DNA of 64,000 bases from positions 4,309 to 68,308 of the forward strand of contig CAMOGA010000006.1 in NCBI GenBank assembly GCA_946613885.1. The letters run 5' to 3'. Positions within the stretch are counted from its first letter, which is position 1, and the number at the start of each line of letters is the position of its first letter. The position numbers and the translations under genes are program-made. A model generated the notes under the pieces. It searched no databases and was not told the DNA's origin. It worked only from the letters and a program-made list of their open reading frames with translations. The DNA comes from an uncultured Pseudomonadota bacterium (lineage in GTDB: Bacteria; Pseudomonadota; Alphaproteobacteria; Rs-D84). Positions 58,644 to 64,000 of this stretch are shown piece after piece.

Positions 58644-59684
58644 TTAAAATCCACTGCGTATACCAACTGCAAAAAACGGGGTGGTATCTGTTAATCCGCC
58701 AGACATAAATATTGATGTATATTGTGCATATTTATATCTGAATGATGCCAATACGGTATGAATATAATCACCATCCATTTTTTGGTTTGTGATTTTATCA
58801 TGATGTTCCCAAACATTTGTATCTGAAAACAGATATGACAGGGAAACGCTGCTGTTTAGTAAATCATAACTGATACCTGTGCCGGCAACAATCCCATCTG
58901 CGGTTTTTGCAATTGGATTTTCATCATAAATCATCCGGACATTGCCAGACCAAATAAAACTGTTGTATTGTAAATTTATTGCCGCAGCAATTTGTCCGCG
59001 CCAATCAGCCGTCACATACGGAGAAAACGAATTTTCAGAATATTTTTCAGGTTTATCCATATATGAAACCGCAAAAGAATATGCAGATTTTAATTTGCCC
59101 AATGGGCGTTTAAATTTTACAGCGCCATCAATTGCATAATTATAATCATCGCCAAATCCAGATATTGATAACCCGTATTGACCATAATCTGTGGCGCGTG
59201 TTGCCAAATTTAAACGTGGCATATCACGTCCTGTGGTTGCAGCGGTATCAGATATTAATACGTGTTTCAAATCCAATTTTTTATGCAATATAAATTTATC
59301 GTTCACGCGTAAATATCCAACATCAGGCAATCCCAGCCCCATTTTACGAGCAATTGAATGGGTCAGGCCAAATTCTGCACGTCCATAATTTTTATCTTCA
59401 AATAAAATGAAAGCATCATGAATATAATCTTTGTCGTCAACACTGTTTGCATCAATAGAATAAATTGCGCCAAATCTTTGTTGACGGTTTATGTTATAGA
59501 AAACCTGTGCTTTGACATCCCAATCGTTGATAAATATTGGTTTGTCGTCTTTGGGTTCTAAAAAACCAATCATACCATCTGCATTTAAACGAAAATCCCA
59601 ATGACCGGTTTGGTAATCAATCGCGTATGCACCAGTGGAAAACGTACACAGTAAAATTGATAAAAATATTTTATTGTTCTTCAT
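58644..59684 (-). CDS. Porin-like outer membrane protein
   Basis: Signal peptide, YG..E.G motif, amphipathic strands, C-terminal Phe. Confidence 0.7.
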   Translation of the reverse strand: MKNNKIFLSILLCTFSTGAYAIDYQTGHWDFRLNADGMIGFLEPKDDKPIFINDWDVKAQVFYNINRQQRFGAIYSIDANSVDDKDYIHDAFILFEDKNYGRAEFGLTHSIARKMGLGLPDVGYLRVNDKFILHKKLDLKHVLISDTAATTGRDMPRLNLATRATDYGQYGLSISGFGDDYNYAIDGAVKFKRPLGKLKSAYSFAVSYMDKPEKYSENSFSPYVTADWRGQIAAAINLQYNSFIWSGNVRMIYDENPIAKTADGIVAGTGISYDLLNSSVSLSYLFSDTNVWEHHDKITNQKMDGDYIHTVLASFRYKYAQYTSIFMSGGLTDTTPFFAVGIRSGF

Positions 59685-59688
59685 TTTT

Positions 59689-60621
59689 TTATTCTTCTGA
59701 GATTAATTTTGGTGATGTGTCTGATTCCGCCAATATTGCAGATTTCAATTTGTTAAAAGCACGTTCTTCGATTTGGCGGACACGTTCGCGGGAAATATTA
59801 TATTTTTTTGATAATGTTTCCAACGTAGCCACCGGATCAGACAAACGACGTGCGCGCAATATTTCACGGTCACGTTCGGGCAGGGCAGCCAAATGTTTTT
59901 TTAACAATTCGTATCCACGGCGTTTGAATTCCAATTGTTCCATACCGGATTCAATATCAATACGTGTATCCGCCATATTGGATAAAATGTCTTTGGCATC
60001 AGAATCTGTGTTTAATGGTGCGTTTAATGAAACATCCCTGGCAGACATCCTGGTTGCCATACGTGCGACATCGTTTTCTGGAACGGATAAATATTCAGCG
60101 ATTTGTTTAGTTTGTTCATCACTAAGGTTATTATCCATTATTCCCAATGCACGTTTTGCGCGTGTTAAATTAAAAAATACACGTTTTTGATTTGCAGAAG
60201 ATCCTAATTTTACAATTGACCAATTATTAAGGATAGTTTCATATATTTCCGCCTTGATCCAAAACATAGCATATGTTGAAAAACGAAAACCGCGTTCAGG
60301 ATCGAATTTTTGTAGGGCCTGCATTAATCCCATATTACCACTGGCAATTAAATCAGATACCGGCAGACCATAATTTTTAAAATCATATGCGACCGATACA
60401 ACCAATCGTAAATGTGAAGCCACTAATTTTTCAGCCGCCATATTGTCGTGTTCGTTAACCCATTTTGTGGCATATTCATATTCTTGTTCTGCGGATAAAA
60501 TAGGAAACTTTTGAATTTCATTGATATAACGGGATAAACTGACATCATCGCCAGCGCCATAACTTGGAACCATTGATGACGTTTTTGTTGCCGGCAAAGT
60601 TGTCTTGATTTTTTTATTCAT
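59689..60621 (-). CDS. rpoH: RNA polymerase sigma-32 factor RpoH
   Basis: SHLRLVV, DLI..GN.GLM.A..KFDPERGFRFSTYA.FWI, RpoH-box-like WSIVK..SS.NQKRVFFNL, SRERVRQIE. Confidence 0.92.
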   Translation of the reverse strand: MNKKIKTTLPATKTSSMVPSYGAGDDVSLSRYINEIQKFPILSAEQEYEYATKWVNEHDNMAAEKLVASHLRLVVSVAYDFKNYGLPVSDLIASGNMGLMQALQKFDPERGFRFSTYAMFWIKAEIYETILNNWSIVKLGSSANQKRVFFNLTRAKRALGIMDNNLSDEQTKQIAEYLSVPENDVARMATRMSARDVSLNAPLNTDSDAKDILSNMADTRIDIESGMEQLEFKRRGYELLKKHLAALPERDREILRARRLSDPVATLETLSKKYNISRERVRQIEERAFNKLKSAILAESDTSPKLISEE

Positions 60622-60676
60622 ACATCTTATAGTATAGCAATAAAATAGAATTTATCAAGCCACAGGAGATTTTTAT

Positions 60677-61330
60677 ATGGCAAATATGTTAGAAAGAAAT
60701 AAAAATATAAAACGACCAGCCAAGAAAACATATGCAGAACATGCCCAAGATGCACTGTATCGTGAGGTATGGGAAGATGTAAATAACGAAAAAACTCAGC
60801 AATTTTTGAAAAAATATTGGAAATATATAATTGGGGCTGTGTTGGCAATAATGGTTATTGTTGGTGCAATTCAAATTGGTATTCGTATGCATTATTCTTC
60901 AAAAATTGCCACAGCAATGGCATATGAAACAGCATTGGCAAACACAGATGCAGCGGCTTTGGCAAATTTAGCAGGAAACACATCTGGTGCGATGTCTGAT
61001 TTGTCTTTGTTTCAATCTTATTTAATAGATAAAGATGTTAAAAAATTACAAGATTTAGCACAAAACGGTCATACACGTGATTTTAAAGATTTGGCAAAAT
61101 TGCATGTTGCAACAATTAATGGCGATAAAATGGAAACAACTGAGTTTGTAGATTATTTATCTTCTATGGATACAAAAAAATCACCATTTTATTACACATC
61201 TCGTTTGATGGTTGCACAAAAATATTTGGCAAATGGTGATGTTGAAAACGCAAATAAAATATTGGATGTAATCATAAATGATGCGGATGCGCCGGCATCT
61301 ATTTCTGGGGTTGCACAAACATTAAGATAA
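60677..61330 (+). CDS. YfgM-like ancillary translocon / TPR membrane protein
   Basis: REV.ED...EK...F.KKY, one TM, helical C-domain; upstream of a BamB-like gene. Confidence 0.7.
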   Translation: MANMLERNKNIKRPAKKTYAEHAQDALYREVWEDVNNEKTQQFLKKYWKYIIGAVLAIMVIVGAIQIGIRMHYSSKIATAMAYETALANTDAAALANLAGNTSGAMSDLSLFQSYLIDKDVKKLQDLAQNGHTRDFKDLAKLHVATINGDKMETTEFVDYLSSMDTKKSPFYYTSRLMVAQKYLANGDVENANKILDVIINDADAPASISGVAQTLR

Positions 61331-61333
61331 AAC

Positions 61334-62065
61334 ATGAAAAAAATCTGGGGATTTTTGTTGTGTGTTTTAAGTATGTCGGCATGTTCTGAACATGACCCGA
61401 TATTGCCAGGTATTCGAACAGATATTTTCGACAGTAATGATGTTAATGTTGTTAATATGGATGTTCCAGAATTATCAGGTGATGTAAAAAATATTCACGG
61501 AAACCAAGAATGTGAATATCGTCAGGACACAACAAATACGATATTTTTAGGCGATAAAAAAATATATACAGGTTTTTCAACTGATAATTTTGTAAAAAGC
61601 AATCAATCACCAATTTGTGTTGAAAATTTTATCTATACCGGTTTATCAACAGGCGAGGTTATAAAGATAAACACGCGTAATAAGCGTGTTGTTTGGGTCG
61701 CAGACGTTTATCGTGAAAATAATTTGACGGGCGGTGCGGCGGTTGTTGATATTGTTGCACATGTCGGTGTGGATGGAAAATATGTCTATGCCGGTGGATT
61801 GGGCGATGCGTTTTGTAAATTAAATGCAAATAATGGGAATAAAGTTTGGTGTGTTAATATATCTGTACCGAACGATTTTATAATTGTTGATAATTTTGCT
61901 TTTGTTGTTGGGACGGATAATAATTTATATGCGATTAATACAGATAATGGAAATGTTTATTGGAAAAGTGCGATAAAAAAACAATCGGTCCCACGTTATG
62001 ATGGTAAATATATAATTATCGGAAAACAAAAAATAGATTATAAAAATGGCAAATTGGTAAAATAA
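61334..62065 (+). CDS. Short PQQ-repeat lipoprotein, BamB-like
   Basis: Lipobox SMSAC, ILPG.R, repeated A.N...G...W blades; only 243 aa. Confidence 0.7.
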   Translation: MKKIWGFLLCVLSMSACSEHDPILPGIRTDIFDSNDVNVVNMDVPELSGDVKNIHGNQECEYRQDTTNTIFLGDKKIYTGFSTDNFVKSNQSPICVENFIYTGLSTGEVIKINTRNKRVVWVADVYRENNLTGGAAVVDIVAHVGVDGKYVYAGGLGDAFCKLNANNGNKVWCVNISVPNDFIIVDNFAFVVGTDNNLYAINTDNGNVYWKSAIKKQSVPRYDGKYIIIGKQKIDYKNGKLVK

Positions 62066-62090
62066 AAAATCCGCTATACAGCGGATTTTT
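62065..62090. terminator. Bidirectional intrinsic terminator
   Basis: AAAAATCCGCT-ATAC-AGCGGATTTTT. Confidence 0.85.
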
Positions 62091-62104
62091 CATATTTATT
62101 CGGT

Positions 62105-62710
62105 TTACCATGTTGGTGCATGTGTGCCTTCTTTGACAATTGGTTGTTCGTCTTCCCAGATGGATAATCCAGTTGTCAAATCTGTTAATGTTAATTGTAA
62201 ATAATATTCTACACGTGTATCAACAGACGAGAATATTCCAGAATCTAATTTTAAATTTCTTTGCAACATTTTTCCAGACAATGACATATTTGGTGCAATC
62301 AGCATGCCTTTGTTTGCGATTGTTGTCTGTGCGTATTCAATATTATCGCGTAATTTACGGACAGCATCAGCATTTGTATCTTCACCAGTATAATTTGTCG
62401 CAATTTGTGCCTTGCCAGATTTTAACAATGTTGTACGTATTTTTTTGGTTAAAATATCTGTATCAAAACGTTGTTGTGTATCGTTTACGATATTTCCTAT
62501 TGCGATAACAGGTTTGTCGATTTTTGAAAATGCACCGCTGGCCAACATAGATTTAGTCATGTTTTCAGCGGTATTTGTCCAATCGCGATATTCTAATTCC
62601 ATAACCTGTTGCATTGCGGCAACCTGGGCGGCATCTTGCAGGTCAACAACACTAGTCCCACCGCATGCGGCCAGTGCCAAACATGAAACAATTGGTATAA
62701 TTTTTTTCAT
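62105..62710 (-). CDS. lpoB: Penicillin-binding protein activator LpoB-like lipoprotein
   Basis: Lipobox LAAC, I.NDT....DT..LT..IR..L...G, L.G, Y.L.L.L.DL.TG..IW. Confidence 0.8.
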   Translation of the reverse strand: MKKIIPIVSCLALAACGGTSVVDLQDAAQVAAMQQVMELEYRDWTNTAENMTKSMLASGAFSKIDKPVIAIGNIVNDTQQRFDTDILTKKIRTTLLKSGKAQIATNYTGEDTNADAVRKLRDNIEYAQTTIANKGMLIAPNMSLSGKMLQRNLKLDSGIFSSVDTRVEYYLQLTLTDLTTGLSIWEDEQPIVKEGTHAPTW

Positions 62711-62722
62711 TTATGTTCTCCT

Positions 62723-63904
62723 TTATTTTAAGTTTATTGTTTTGTTATCTGTTATTTTACCATTTATTATTCGCGTGTATATTAAATTATTTTTTGTATC
62801 TGTATTTTTATTATCACGTAATACATATATATATTTTGGTAATGTTGCCCATGTGCGAACATCTGTGTTAGACGAGGCAACTGTATAAATTGATGACAGT
62901 ATCCCCAACAACGGGGCAGAATTATTATGTGAATTATATAATGTTGCCTGGGCGGCCGCTTTGGATGCAGCAGATGTAAACGCACGGATAGATTCATTAA
63001 TTTGATATTCACGATATTCGGTTATAAACATTGCATCCACATTTGCCAATAATTGGGCTTTATCTGGTTGTGTAAAATTGTTATTAAAATATGGCTCGGA
63101 CATTGAAAAATATATCATACCGATATTTGGTAAAAATAAACTGGCGTTTTTTTCACGCAGGCGTGGTGCAAAACCTGATTCAATAAATTGCCACGATGTG
63201 TTCGTTGGTTTTATATGTTTTTGTGCTAATTCTAAATCTGATTTGATAAAAGTGTTTTCTGGCATCATACCATTGGCGCGTTTCAAATAAGTAATCGCAT
63301 TATCAAAATCCCCGTCGTTTAAAAAATATATACCAGATAAATACATTAATGCAGGATTCATAATATCAGAAAAAGCAAACCAATCGTTTGTGTTTTTATC
63401 AATTAATTCACTGTATTGCGCATTTTCAGAAATTTTATTTTTATTCTTTTCAATTAATTTTTGATATTCAATCGACATGTTTTGTTGGCGATTGTAAGAT
63501 TGATTTATAACCACACGCGCATTTGACCAATCTTGTAATGCCAATAAATCCCAAATCTGATAATATGACACAAACAACGAATCCATCATATATGGTTTAT
63601 ATGAATTAACACCGTTGCCCAATAATAATCCGGCGCTTTCGCGTAATATTGATGAAGACGTTTCATTTAAATTGCGTTTATTAAATTCTTCAAATGTTAA
63701 ATCACTTTGTTTATATTCATCCGCATGAAATAGGGCGGTGCCGTGTATTAATAAATCAAGATTATTTTGTTCATCCAATTGTTTTTGTGGTATTTCATAA
63801 TTAGTATTTGCAAAATCTTTTTGAACACCATCCAGATAAGATTGCGTTGTTGCTGCACACGCAGATAAAAATACCATTATACAAATGTAAATTATTTTAC
63901 GCAT
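62723..63904 (-). CDS. COG3014-like TPR lipoprotein
   Basis: Lipobox LSAC, YKPYMMD....YY, ARV..N, NP...YLSGI, D.RTW..LP; adjacent to lpoB. Confidence 0.7.
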   Translation of the reverse strand: MRKIIYICIMVFLSACAATTQSYLDGVQKDFANTNYEIPQKQLDEQNNLDLLIHGTALFHADEYKQSDLTFEEFNKRNLNETSSSILRESAGLLLGNGVNSYKPYMMDSLFVSYYQIWDLLALQDWSNARVVINQSYNRQQNMSIEYQKLIEKNKNKISENAQYSELIDKNTNDWFAFSDIMNPALMYLSGIYFLNDGDFDNAITYLKRANGMMPENTFIKSDLELAQKHIKPTNTSWQFIESGFAPRLREKNASLFLPNIGMIYFSMSEPYFNNNFTQPDKAQLLANVDAMFITEYREYQINESIRAFTSAASKAAAQATLYNSHNNSAPLLGILSSIYTVASSNTDVRTWATLPKYIYVLRDNKNTDTKNNLIYTRIINGKITDNKTINLK

Positions 63905-63921
63905 ATTGTTATTATAAATTA

Positions 63922-64000
63922 TTAATGCAACGGTTCCAATATTTTTAACTCGTTGGTGTTAGGATTTAAAACACATGGATTGCCACCGTACCCCATAATC
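63922..64000 (-). CDS. 3' end of a gene running off the window
   Basis: Open frame IMGYGGNPCVLNPNTNELKILEPLH* ending just upstream of the COG3014-like gene. Confidence 0.5.
   Translation of the reverse strand, partial: IMGYGGNPCVLNPNTNELKILEPLH

Noticed and set aside
63975-63990. GGATTGCCAC as a third family A repeat
   Set aside because: Only a ~9-nt match, and it lies in an open minus-strand frame running off the window edge.
1-64000. tRNA, rRNA, tmRNA or other housekeeping ncRNA; IS elements; prophage
   Set aside because: Intergenic gaps are short and accounted for; no cloverleaf or T-loop signature, transposase or phage structural gene was recognised.

Overview
AT-rich, gene-dense chromosomal window from a low-GC alphaproteobacterium. 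The assignment rests on MucR/Ros, RpoH, RHH_4, DUF721 and alphaproteobacterial-type J-domain genes; resemblance to the gut Rs-D84/'Ca. Enterousia' lineage is my inference only. Most of the window is housekeeping: mnmE, ruvA, yebC, secB, mltA, ruvC, recA, typA, serS, trxB, secDF-yajC, mutL, greA, xerD, ftsK, rarA, trmB, gltX, der and rpoH. A nine-gene convergent surface-glycan cluster lies at 8.9-17.3 kb. I found no tRNA, rRNA, CRISPR array, IS transposase or prophage. Main items of interest: (1) a small GIY-YIG nuclease gene bracketed by two 117-bp, internally palindromic direct repeats, with a fragment of the same repeat 14 kb away fused to a second palindromic repeat family; (2) two tandem secreted InlB-B-repeat-like genes that share promoter, palindromic operator, terminator and composite repeat flanks while their coding cores diverge; (3) an in-frame YbeY-Lnt fusion; (4) two tandem membrane-anchored proteins with a divergent GH24 lysozyme-like motif pattern; (5) several apparent pseudoenzymes (S41 protease, HNH next to a SUKH-like gene, DeoC-like); (6) a ~1185-aa Cys-rich secreted protein. 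All family assignments come from motif recognition by eye; no searches were run.
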